DNA of 39,803 bases from Massilia sp. UBA2709 (GTDB lineage Bacteria; Pseudomonadota; Gammaproteobacteria; Burkholderiales; Burkholderiaceae_D). Made by a program: the position numbers and the translations under genes. Where the stretch lies: the NCBI GenBank assembly GCA_002354135.1, contig DEKZ01000120.1, forward strand, positions 2,804-42,606, read 5' to 3'. Every line of letters begins with the position of its first letter. The stretch's first letter is position 1. The notes beneath the pieces were generated by a model that saw only the letters and a list, made by a program, of their open reading frames with translations, made no database searches and was not told where the DNA came from. Below, piece after piece: positions 1 through 8,477 of this stretch.

Positions 1-576
1 GAAATGCAGGTCGCTGTCCTCGCGGCAGGGCTCGGTGAAGCGCTCGTCGAAGCCGTCCAGGCGTTCGAGGATGCTCTTGCGGCAGAAGCAGTTGGTGGCC
101 GCGAACTCGGCGCTTTCGCGCTGGCGCGTTTCGCGCTGGTAGTCGGTGAGCTTGCGCGGGAGCGGCATCTCGATGCCCCCGCAGAGGACGTCGACCTTGT
201 CGTCGAAGGCCGCCAGGCCCTGGGCCAGCCAGGTGGCGGCGGGCACGGTGTCGTCGTCGGTGAAGGCAACGATCGGCGCCTGGGCCGCGCGCCAGCCGAG
301 GTTGCGCGCGGCGGCCGGGCCGTGCTGGCCGGAATTGGCCAGGTAGACCAGGCGCGGCCCCCGTTCGACCGTGCGCGCGCGCCATCCCGCGACCAGGTGC
401 AGGGTATTGTGGTTCGGCTCGTCGTCCACGATGATGACTTCGTAGGCGCCGGCCGGCAGGGTCTGGCGGGTGAGGGCGTCGAGGCAGCGGTCGAGCAGGT
501 CCATGCGGCCACAGGTCGGGACCACGACCGAGACCCCGATCGTGGTGCTAGCCGTCGCTGTATTCGTTGTGGGCAT
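1..576 (-). CDS. Glycosyltransferase family 2 (partial; runs off the left edge)
   Basis: Not in the ORF track. My translation from ATG 576 (GGAG upstream) gives MPTTNTATASTTIGVSVVVPTCGRMDLLDRCLDAL...YEVIIVDD...GPAAARNLGW...IVAFTDDD...GFDERF...EDSDLHF, with the typical GT-A/GT2 motifs (VSVVVP, EVIIVDD, ARN, DxD, ED). Confidence 0.9.
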   Translation of the reverse strand, partial: MPTTNTATASTTIGVSVVVPTCGRMDLLDRCLDALTRQTLPAGAYEVIIVDDEPNHNTLHLVAGWRARTVERGPRLVYLANSGQHGPAAARNLGWRAAQAPIVAFTDDDTVPAATWLAQGLAAFDDKVDVLCGGIEMPLPRKLTDYQRETRQRESAEFAATNCFCRKSILERLDGFDERFTEPCREDSDLHF

Positions 577-620
577 GCTCGTCTCCAAAGTGTGGCGCAG
601 CACCTGGGCGGGGCGGTGCT

Positions 621-2399
621 CTACCTCGCCATGTCCTTGTCCATTCGTTGCTGCAGCAGCCATAGCCTGGCGTACATGCCCTTGCGGCGCAGCAGCTCGG
701 CGTGGCTGCCCTGTTCGACGATGCGGCCGCGATCCATGACGACGATCGCGTGGGCATTGACGATGGTGGACAGGCGGTGCGCAATAATCAGGGTGGTTCG
801 ATTGCGCGACAAACGGTCGAGTTCCTGCGTGATGGCGTGCTCTGAATCTGAATCAAGTGCCGACGTCGCTTCATCGAAGATCAGGATGGCCGGGTCCTTC
901 AGGATGGCGCGGGCGATCGCGATACGCTGTTTTTCGCCGCCCGAAATGTTGACCCCGCGTTCGCCGACCGGCGTTTCATATTTCTGGGGTAGCGAGACGA
1001 TCAGCTCGTGCAGTTGGGCCGCGCGGCAGGCGGCGATGACTTCGCCGTGGCTGCTGCCGACGCGGCCGTAGGCAATGTTGTTGCCGATGGTGTCATTGAA
1101 GAGGGCGGTGTCCTGGGGCACCACGCCGATCGCGCGGCGCAGGCTGGTGGCGCTGACCTGGCGGATATCCTGGCCGTCGACCAGGATGCGGCCGTTCGCC
1201 GGGTCGTAGTAGCGCAGCAGCAGGCGCGCCAGCGTGGACTTGCCCGAGCCGCTGCGCCCGACCACCGCCAGCGTGGTGCCGGGTGGGATACGCAGGCTGA
1301 GGTCGACCAGCACCGGGCGCGAGGGCTCGTAGTGGAAGCTGACGTGCTCGAACACCACCTCGCCCGGTCCGGCGCGCAGCGGCGGCGCATCCGGCGCGTC
1401 GACGATCTCGGGACGCTCGCGCAGCAGCTCGAACAGGCGTTCGGCGTTGACCCAGGCGTCGCGCGCCTCGCGGTAGACGAAGCCGAGGGCGTTCAGCGGC
1501 AGGCAGACCTGCAGGGCGTAGGCGTTGATCAGGACCAGGTCGCCCACGCTCATGCGGCCGGCCATCACGGCCTGTCCGGCCAGCAGCATGATCGCGCCCA
1601 CGCCCACCGCGATGACCGCGCTCTGGCCGACGTGCAGCGTGAACAGGGCGCGCTGGTTGCCGGCGCCGGCTTCGCGCCAGTCGCGCATGATGGCGGCGAA
1701 GCGTTCGGCCTCGAGCGCCTCGTTGGTGAAGTACTTGACCGTGTCGTAGTTGATCAGGCTGTCGGCCAGGCGGCCCTTGGCGGTGGAATCGAGCTTGTTG
1801 ACGCGGCGCTGGTAGACCACGCGGCGCGCCGTGAACACCAGGGTGAAGCCGGCATACACGAGGAAGGTGACGAGGATGATGCCGGCAAAGCCGGCCGCGT
1901 AGCGGCTGAGCATGATGGCCAGCACCAGGCCGATCTCGACCAGCGTGGGCACGATGGTGAACAAGCCGACCCCGAGCAGGAAGGCAATGCCGCTGGTGCC
2001 GCGGTCGATGTCGGGCAGCAGGCTGCCGAGCTTGCGCCGCGCGTGGAAGCGCGGACCGAGGGCGTGCAGGTGGGCGAAGGTCTTCTGCGCATAGGCCGAG
2101 ACGGCGGCCAGGGTCACGCGCGCGAACAGCAGGTCGCGCCATTCGTTGAACAGCGTCGAGGAAAAGCGCAGGATGGCATAGCCAGCGAGAAGGTAGACCG
2201 GCAGCTGGGCGGGCAGGCCGCCTTGCGGAAAGGCGTCGATGATGCGTTTCAGCAGGAGCGGCACCGCGACCGTGGCGAGCTTGGCGACCAGCAGCAGGAC
2301 CACGGCCGCGGCGATGCGCCAGCGGTGGCGCCCGAGCACCTGCCACAGCTCGGCGCTGATGCGTGTGTCCGCACGGCTGTGGTCGGCGCTGCCCGTCAT
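621..2399 (-). CDS. ATM1/HMT1-type ABC exporter, fused permease + ATPase
   Basis: N-terminal TM domain with DIDRGT and DSLINYDTVKYF (ATM1-like). Walker A GRSGSGKS, signature ISGGEKQR, Walker B IFDEATSALD, H-loop IAHRLST. Start may be 2399 or 2408. Confidence 0.88.
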   Translation of the reverse strand: MTGSADHSRADTRISAELWQVLGRHRWRIAAAVVLLLVAKLATVAVPLLLKRIIDAFPQGGLPAQLPVYLLAGYAILRFSSTLFNEWRDLLFARVTLAAVSAYAQKTFAHLHALGPRFHARRKLGSLLPDIDRGTSGIAFLLGVGLFTIVPTLVEIGLVLAIMLSRYAAGFAGIILVTFLVYAGFTLVFTARRVVYQRRVNKLDSTAKGRLADSLINYDTVKYFTNEALEAERFAAIMRDWREAGAGNQRALFTLHVGQSAVIAVGVGAIMLLAGQAVMAGRMSVGDLVLINAYALQVCLPLNALGFVYREARDAWVNAERLFELLRERPEIVDAPDAPPLRAGPGEVVFEHVSFHYEPSRPVLVDLSLRIPPGTTLAVVGRSGSGKSTLARLLLRYYDPANGRILVDGQDIRQVSATSLRRAIGVVPQDTALFNDTIGNNIAYGRVGSSHGEVIAACRAAQLHELIVSLPQKYETPVGERGVNISGGEKQRIAIARAILKDPAILIFDEATSALDSDSEHAITQELDRLSRNRTTLIIAHRLSTIVNAHAIVVMDRGRIVEQGSHAELLRRKGMYARLWLLQQRMDKDMAR

Positions 2400-2760
2400 C
2401 GCTCGCATCCCGGATGGTCTGTTCGTTGGACCATGCGCGGGCGCCGCTCATCGCACCCGATTGCTGTGATGGCTCAAATACTGTTCAGTTATTTGCGGGA
2501 ACTTGCTACGCGTCGCTTGCAAAAGGTGGGCTGCAAGGCAGGCTTGCGGCGGCTCCGGTACACCGGCAAACCATCGGCGCGCTGGCGCATCGGGTAGGCG
2601 CAGCGTGTGCCAGGCCGGCGCCATACGCCCGAATCGGCAGCAGCGGGTCTCTCCAATGTTTCCCATGCTGAGCAGGACTTATCCTACATCGGACCTCTGC
2701 AAAATCAGGAAGTGAAGGCCGCGCGGACAAAGAAGCGGCCGGATCGCGGCAGCGGTGGTC

Positions 2761-2786
2761 AAAAAACGGCCGCCCTGCGGCAGCCG
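2761..2786 (-). terminator. Intrinsic terminator downstream of the Gln/Gly-rich gene
   Basis: Minus strand CGGCTGCC-GCAG-GGCGGCCG followed by T6. Confidence 0.7.
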
Positions 2787-2843
2787 GTTGAGGGGCCCCG
2801 GCTGCTGCCGGGACCGATGGGAGCGGGTGAAATCCGCGGTGCC

Positions 2844-3737
2844 TTACTTCCGCGAGAAGCCGGTGTCGTCGTCCATCTTGCGGTCGCCCGCCAGCCTGTT
2901 CGCGCCGGCCGGGCTCTTCGGATAGCCGCCTGCGGCATCGTTCGATTCGTGGACCGGGTTCGGTTCCTGCTGCATGCTGGCGCCCGGACGCCAGCGGTTG
3001 GTCTCGGTGGTCGGCCCGCTGTTGCCCGGGCTGCGCGGCAGGCCGCCTGTGGTGTCGTTCGACTTGTGCATCTCGGCATGGCCCTCGGTGCCCATTTCGC
3101 GCCCGCCAGCGCCGGTCTGCGAGCCGCCGCGGTCGGTACTCTGCTGGGCGCCCTGGGCGCCTTCGCGCTGGAGCGATCCCTGCGCGTTCTGCGTGGCGCC
3201 GCGCGGGGGCTGCTGCATTGCTTCCATTGCTTCCTGGCGCACGCCATGGTGGTGCCCCAGCGAGCCGCCCTGCAGTTCGGGCTGGCGCGGGTCCTGCGGA
3301 TTCATCCGGTGCGCGGCCTGGGTGTTGCCGGCGTGTTCGCCTTCGCGGTGCAGCAGGTCGGTGCCGCTGCCCGCAGGGCGGTGGCCGACTGGCTGTTCGA
3401 GCTGGCCATAGGCTTGCGAGCGCTGTTCCATCTGGACCTGGTGGCTGTCGGTGATACCCTGCTGCGGACCGCTGCCGCCGCTTTGCTGGGTCTGCATCGA
3501 GCCGCCCGGCAGGTCCCAGCGGCTGCTTTCTTCAAGCCAGGGGCCCGGGCCCATGCCGCTCTGCTGGGTGCCCATCTGGTCGATGCCCTGGTGGCCCTGC
3601 TGCTGCGAAGCGCCCTGCGGATAGGTGTGGTCGAGCGGCGCGTCCGGGGCGGTCTTGCCCTTGGCATTCTTGTTCCACTTCTCGTTGGCGCCGTTATTGG
3701 TCTGGTTGTTCATCTCGCTGCGTTGGTTCGCGTCCAT
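2844..3737 (-). CDS. Hydrophilic Gln/Gly-rich, probably intrinsically disordered protein (hydrophilin/LEA-like)
   Basis: 297-aa ORF with AAGGA RBS before ATG 3737, GC-biased third codon positions, own promoter and terminator. No Cys; rich in Q, G, S, N, E. Confidence 0.75.
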   Translation of the reverse strand: MDANQRSEMNNQTNNGANEKWNKNAKGKTAPDAPLDHTYPQGASQQQGHQGIDQMGTQQSGMGPGPWLEESSRWDLPGGSMQTQQSGGSGPQQGITDSHQVQMEQRSQAYGQLEQPVGHRPAGSGTDLLHREGEHAGNTQAAHRMNPQDPRQPELQGGSLGHHHGVRQEAMEAMQQPPRGATQNAQGSLQREGAQGAQQSTDRGGSQTGAGGREMGTEGHAEMHKSNDTTGGLPRSPGNSGPTTETNRWRPGASMQQEPNPVHESNDAAGGYPKSPAGANRLAGDRKMDDDTGFSRK

Positions 3738-3822
3738 GTCGTTTCCTTTCAAAAAACGATTTCGCTGGCGGGCGCCGTCGGCGCCGCTGATCTCGCCATG
3801 ATGCGCGCGCCCTCCGACAATC

Positions 3823-3856
3823 AGTATAGGAAGACGCAGCGGTAGTGTGTAGGACT
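3823..3856 (-). promoter_or_regulatory. Promoter AGTCCTACA-N16-TCCTATACT (RpoS-like -10) for the leftward gene
   Basis: Minus strand agtcctaca-cactaccgctgcgtct-tcctatact. CTATACT matches the sigma-S -10 consensus. Confidence 0.65.
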
Positions 3857-3918
3857 ACAACTGATGGCTTTTTTGTTCAGCAGAATTCAATTTCGTAAGT
3901 GCATTTTCTCCTTCCTTA

Positions 3919-3951
3919 AGTCCTACAAAGTCATCTGAAAACGTCCTATAC
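3919..3951 (+). promoter_or_regulatory. Promoter AGTCCTACA-N16-TCCTATAC for the KGG gene
   Basis: Plus strand agtcctaca-aagtcatctgaaaacg-tcctatac; same two blocks and same spacing as the leftward promoter. Confidence 0.6.
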
Positions 3952-4076
3952 CCTCATCCAATTGCCCTGCCTAAGATGATTTCGACCGGACGCTCATCGG
4001 CGAATTGCGGATGGGAACGGGCCACAGCCTGCCGCAGGACGCGGCGGTTTTACAAGTGAACAGGGAGAACACGATC

Positions 4077-4349
4077 ATGGCTAACCAAGGTAACAAGCAG
4101 GGCGGCAACCAGTCCAACAGCCAGAGCAGCGGCACCCGTAATCGCGGTTTCGCTTCGATGGATCCGGCGCGCCAGCGCGAGATCGCCAGCCAGGGCGGCA
4201 AGGCTGCGCACCAGAAGGGCACCGCGCATGAATTCACTTCGGAAGAAGCCCGCCGTGCAGGCAGCATGAGCCACGGCAACCGCCAGTCGGCCAGCGCCGG
4301 CTCGGCCAGCGGCTCGCGTACCTCGTCGAAGAGCCGCAGCTCGAAGTAA
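4077..4349 (+). CDS. KGG-repeat general stress protein (Con-10/YciG/GsiB-like)
   Basis: RGFASMDPARQREIASQGGKAAHQKGTAHEFTSEEARRAG is the KGG stress motif. GGAG RBS before ATG 4077. Confidence 0.9.
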   Translation: MANQGNKQGGNQSNSQSSGTRNRGFASMDPARQREIASQGGKAAHQKGTAHEFTSEEARRAGSMSHGNRQSASAGSASGSRTSSKSRSSK

Positions 4350-4441
4350 GACGAAGCAGCAAGCCGTACCAAGGCCGTGCCGGCAGCACGCGCCTCCCAC
4401 CGCCGATCGGGGCGGTAGGCAAACACACTGAGCTGGACGAA

Positions 4442-4471
4442 GCGGGGAGCCTTGTGCTCCCCGTTTTCTTT
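4442..4471 (+). terminator. Intrinsic terminator after the KGG gene
   Basis: GCGGGGAGC-CTTGT-GCTCCCCGT followed by TTTCTTT. Confidence 0.75.
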
Positions 4472-4548
4472 CCAAAGATACACACAATTCACCGATGGGA
4501 TCAGGTAGAATCGCTGCGCCTTTTCAACCCAACCTGAGGAACATCGTC

Positions 4549-4950
4549 GTGAAAGAAGCGGTCATTCGTCAAGTCAAGAGCATGTCCATGTCGTGCGATC
4601 GCGTCGGCAATTCGCTGCTCGCGAAATTCTCCACGCAAGGCGCGAGCGACGTCTGCCTGCACATCCCGGCCAACATCGTGTTCTGGCTGATCAAGCACCT
4701 GCCGGTGAACCAGGACCCGACCCTGCAGCCGCCGCCGGCGCCGCCGCAGATCACCCAGTTCGACTGGCAGAATCCGAACACGCCCAAGGCGATCAGCCTG
4801 AACTGCCGCGAGCTGCCGGGCAAGCTGCGCATGTCCTTCAACCTCGACCGCAAGCCGGACCTGGTCGTGGTGCTCGACCGCAGCAACGTCGAACTGCTGC
4901 GCCAGATCCTGAACCTGTACAGCCGCGAACTGATCGACCTCGACGCGTAA
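4549..4950 (+). CDS. Hypothetical protein (133 aa)
   Basis: GAGGA RBS then GTG 4549; strongly GC-biased codon usage; no recognisable motif. Confidence 0.75.
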   Translation: MKEAVIRQVKSMSMSCDRVGNSLLAKFSTQGASDVCLHIPANIVFWLIKHLPVNQDPTLQPPPAPPQITQFDWQNPNTPKAISLNCRELPGKLRMSFNLDRKPDLVVVLDRSNVELLRQILNLYSRELIDLDA

Positions 4951-5034
4951 GCGCTTGAGGCAGAGCCGGGATGGGGGCATGGCCAAATCCGGTATCATGT
5001 TCCACTTTGTGAACGGGCCAACAAAGGATCAGCC

Positions 5035-6156
5035 ATGCCTATCAAAATCAGCCAGCATTTCGACTCCGGCGCCATCGAGGTGGTCGCCTGCGAGAGTGCG
5101 AAACAGATCGACCTGAACCTGCGCCGCGACAACAACGCGGACATCCACCAGTGGTTCCACTTCCGCCTGCAGGGCGCACGCGGCCAGGCCTGCACGATCC
5201 GTTTCCTGAATGCCGGCCAGGCAACCTACCCGAAGGGGTTCGAGGACTACCAGGTGGCGGCCAGCTACGACACCGAGAACTGGTTCCGCGTGCCGACCAG
5301 CTTCGACGGCCAGGTCATGACCGTCAACCACACGCCTGAGCTCGACAGCGTCTACTACGCCTACTTCGAGCCCTACACCTGGGAGCGCCACCTGCGCCTG
5401 CTCGGCGAAGTGGCCGAGAACCCGATCGCGCGCGTGCACGATATCGGCACCACGGTCGACGGCCGCGACATGAACCTGGTCGTGATCGGCAACCCGAACG
5501 CCGAGAAAAAGATCTGGGTCATTGCGCGCCAGCATCCGGGCGAGACCATGGCCGAGTGGTTCGTCGAAGGCATGATGGATGCGCTGCTCGACGACGCCAA
5601 CCCGATCGCGAAGAAGCTCCTGCAGCGCGCCGTGTTCTACATCGTGCCGAACATGAACCCGGACGGCTCGGTGCGCGGCAACCTGCGCACCAACGCGGCA
5701 GGCGCCAACCTGAACCGCGAGTGGATGACCCCGACGCCTGAACGCAGCCCGGAAGTGCTGTGCGTGAAGAACAAGATCCACGAAACCGGCGTCGACATGT
5801 TCTTCGACATCCACGGCGACGAAGCCTTGCCTTACAACTTCGTGGCGGGCAGCGAGATGCTGGCGGACTTTACCCCGGAGCGCCTGGCGGAGCAAAACGC
5901 CTTCATCGAGCGCTACATGGCGGCCAGCCCGGACTTCCAGAACGTCTACGGCTATGCGGCCAGCAAGTACAACGAGGAACTGCTGACCCTGGCCTCGAAG
6001 TACATCGGCCACACCTTCAAGTGCCTGTCGCTGACCCTGGAAATGCCGTTCAAGGACAACGCCAACCTGCCGAACCCGTACACCGGCTGGAACGGCGCAC
6101 GCAGCGCTGCCCTGGGCGCCGCGATCCTGCAGCCGATCCTGCAGTCGCTCGACTGA
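5035..6156 (+). CDS. M14 family zinc cytosolic carboxypeptidase (CCP/Nna1-like)
   Basis: N-terminal FDSG and WFHF motifs; Zn ligands in ARQHPGE and DIHGDE; NPDG and NLNR motifs; catalytic TLEM. Confidence 0.9.
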   Translation: MPIKISQHFDSGAIEVVACESAKQIDLNLRRDNNADIHQWFHFRLQGARGQACTIRFLNAGQATYPKGFEDYQVAASYDTENWFRVPTSFDGQVMTVNHTPELDSVYYAYFEPYTWERHLRLLGEVAENPIARVHDIGTTVDGRDMNLVVIGNPNAEKKIWVIARQHPGETMAEWFVEGMMDALLDDANPIAKKLLQRAVFYIVPNMNPDGSVRGNLRTNAAGANLNREWMTPTPERSPEVLCVKNKIHETGVDMFFDIHGDEALPYNFVAGSEMLADFTPERLAEQNAFIERYMAASPDFQNVYGYAASKYNEELLTLASKYIGHTFKCLSLTLEMPFKDNANLPNPYTGWNGARSAALGAAILQPILQSLD

Positions 6157-6183
6157 TCGCCGCATTTATTGTGAACATCGTTC

Positions 6184-6660
6184 ATGGGCGTTGAAATCGA
6201 GCGCAAGTTCCTGGTCGACGGCGACGCCTGGCGCACGCTGGGCGAAGCGACCCTGCTGCGCCAGGGCTATCTGAGCGCGGATCCGGCGCGTACCGTGCGC
6301 GTGCGTATCGACGGCGCGCGCGCTTTTCTCACCATCAAGGGCAAGAGCGTGGGCGCGTCCCGCGGCGAATGGGAATACCCGATTCCCGTGGACGAAGCCG
6401 CCGAACTGCTGGACGGCCTGTGCCAGCAGCCCCTGGTCGAGAAGGTGCGGCGCCGCATCGCGGTTGGCCCGCATACCTGGGAAGTCGACGAATTCCTCGG
6501 CGCGAATGCCGGCCTGGTGGTCGCCGAGATCGAACTGGCTTCCGAGGACGAGGCTTTCGAGAAGCCCGACTGGATCGGCTGCGAGGTGACGGGCGAGGCG
6601 CGCTATTTCAATTCCAACCTGATTCGTCACCCTTACTCGCAATGGAAAGACTTGGCATGA
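6184..6660 (+). CDS. CYTH-domain protein (triphosphate tunnel metalloenzyme)
   Basis: EIERKF (ExExK), QGYL, VRVR, EWEY, WEVDEF and VAEIEL motifs. Confidence 0.9.
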   Translation: MGVEIERKFLVDGDAWRTLGEATLLRQGYLSADPARTVRVRIDGARAFLTIKGKSVGASRGEWEYPIPVDEAAELLDGLCQQPLVEKVRRRIAVGPHTWEVDEFLGANAGLVVAEIELASEDEAFEKPDWIGCEVTGEARYFNSNLIRHPYSQWKDLA

Positions 6661-7829
6661 CCATGATCACGCGGCGCACGGCGCTCGCTCTCGGACTCGC
6701 ATTGATGTTGCCAGCAGGCGCCGGCGTTGCAGCCAAGCTGGCTGCCGAAGCCGCAAAACCCGTGGCCAGCTATTTCCCGCCGGCAGGCGAATGGGCGCGC
6801 AAGTCGCCCGCCGAACTGGGCATGGATCCGGCCGCGCTGGCTGCCGCCGTCCAGTACGCCCAGTCGCACGAGACCGAGCGCGCGCTCGATTTTTCCGACC
6901 AGGAGAAAACCTTCGGCACGCGCCTGGGTTCGATGCCCACGCGCCGCGCCCACACCAACGGCGTGGTCATCTACAAGGGCTATGTGGTGGCCGAGTTCGG
7001 CGACACGCAATTCGTCGACCCGACTTATTCGGTGGCGAAGAGCATGCTGGCGACGGTGGCCGGCGTTGCCCTGCGCGATGGCCGCATCGGCAAGCTCGAC
7101 GAGCCGGTGGCGCAGCGCGTGAACGACGGCGGCTATGCTTCGGCGCGCAATGCCCAGGTCACTTGGAAGCAGCACCTGCAGCAGGAAACCGAGTGGGAAG
7201 GCAGCCTCTGGGGCAAGAACGCCGATTTCGTCGGCAAGGAAGCCTTCGGTGCGGGCGAGCGCAAGCCGCGCGCCCTGCAGGCGCCGGGCAGCTTCTACGA
7301 ATACAACGACGTGCGCATCAACCGCTTCGCGCTGTCGCTGCTGCGCGTAATGGACAAGCCCGTGCCCGAGGTATTCCAGGAGCAGGTGATGGATGTCATC
7401 GGCGCCTCGAACACCTGGAAATGGGTGCCTTACCACAACAGCTATGTGGAACTGAACGGCAAGCAGGCGCCGTCGGTCAGCGGCGGCACGCGCTGGGGCG
7501 GCGGCATGTGGATCAATTCCTGGGACATGGCGCGCTTCGGCTACCTGTGGCTGCGCGGCGGCCAGTGGAATGGCCGCACCGTGGTGCCGGCCGGCTACGT
7601 CAAGGAAGCCCTGAGCCCGAGCGCGCACGGACCGGACTACGGCTACCTGTGGTGGCTCAACACCAAGGGCAAGAATTTGCCGGGCCTGCCGGCGAACGCC
7701 TTTGCCGCGCTGGGCGCGGGCAGCAACACCATCGTGGTCTCGCCGGACCATGACCTGGTGGTGGTGTGGCGCTGGCATGCCGGCAATCCTGCCGAGTTCA
7801 CCAAGCGTGTGATCGCGGCGATCCGCTAA
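6657..7829 (+). CDS. Serine hydrolase of the beta-lactamase/class C-like family, probably Tat-exported
   Basis: ATGA overlap with the CYTH stop. TRRTAL twin-arginine-like signal; SVAK (SxxK), YEYND, DMARFG.L, YGYLWW. Confidence 0.85.
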   Translation: MTMITRRTALALGLALMLPAGAGVAAKLAAEAAKPVASYFPPAGEWARKSPAELGMDPAALAAAVQYAQSHETERALDFSDQEKTFGTRLGSMPTRRAHTNGVVIYKGYVVAEFGDTQFVDPTYSVAKSMLATVAGVALRDGRIGKLDEPVAQRVNDGGYASARNAQVTWKQHLQQETEWEGSLWGKNADFVGKEAFGAGERKPRALQAPGSFYEYNDVRINRFALSLLRVMDKPVPEVFQEQVMDVIGASNTWKWVPYHNSYVELNGKQAPSVSGGTRWGGGMWINSWDMARFGYLWLRGGQWNGRTVVPAGYVKEALSPSAHGPDYGYLWWLNTKGKNLPGLPANAFAALGAGSNTIVVSPDHDLVVVWRWHAGNPAEFTKRVIAAIR

Positions 7830-7848
7830 CGTCGCTCACTTGCGGTAA

Positions 7849-8370
7849 TCAACCGAAGGCGTCGTCGTAGCGCACTACGCCTGCCGGCAACATTTTCCCA
7901 TCCAGCAGCGCCGCCATGAAGTACTCCGGCGGCGCGCCCGGGTAGCGCAGGCGGGCATCGCGCTCAAATCCGAAGCGCCGGTAATAATCCGGTTCCCCCA
8001 GCACCACGCAGCCCTGGACGCGGTCCGCCCGCAAGCTTGCCAGCCCGGCTTCGACCAGCGCCGTTCCCGCACCCTTACCCTGTGCCGCCGGCAGCACGCC
8101 CAGCGGCCCCAGTCCCATCCAGCCCAGGTCGGCGCCGTCGACAGACACTGGCGAGAAAGCGCAGTGGCCGAGGATGGCGCCGTCAGCGCCGATTGCCACG
8201 AGCGACAGCGCCAGCCGGCTCCGTGCGCGCAGCCGCTCGACGATCGCGGGTTCGCTGCCGTCGCTGTGCGGATTGCCGGCGAAAGCCGCGCGATGTACCT
8301 CGGCGATGCCAGCCAGGTCGTTGGGCGTTTCAGTGCGGATCGAGAAGGGAAGGGAGGCGGAACGGGGCAT
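7849..8370 (-). CDS. GNAT N-acetyltransferase (YhbS-like)
   Basis: C-terminal 173 aa of the tracked ORF: LSLVA, GHCAFSP, LGPLGVLPAAQGKGAG (AcCoA motif A), VVLGEPDYYRRFGF. Confidence 0.85.
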   Translation of the reverse strand: MPRSASLPFSIRTETPNDLAGIAEVHRAAFAGNPHSDGSEPAIVERLRARSRLALSLVAIGADGAILGHCAFSPVSVDGADLGWMGLGPLGVLPAAQGKGAGTALVEAGLASLRADRVQGCVVLGEPDYYRRFGFERDARLRYPGAPPEYFMAALLDGKMLPAGVVRYDDAFG

Positions 8371-8400
8371 GGTCGCGGATCCCGTACGGCAGGGAGGAAG

Positions 8401-8452
8401 AGAAGAGAGAAGCATTGCGGTTGCCGCCAGGGTAAGGCGGCAGCCGCAGTGC
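8401..8452 (-). terminator. Stem-loop/terminator after the DUF2863-like gene
   Basis: 17-bp imperfect stem (8412-8428 with 8436-8452) followed on the minus strand by TTCTCTCTTCT. Confidence 0.55.
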
Positions 8453-8477
8453 GAACTCGAGCTTGAAGCTCGAACCC

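Noticed and set aside
4..1071. Plus-strand 355-aa ORF, and 1008-2597
   Set aside because: Antisense shadows of the GT2 and ABC genes, which carry clear motifs on the minus strand.
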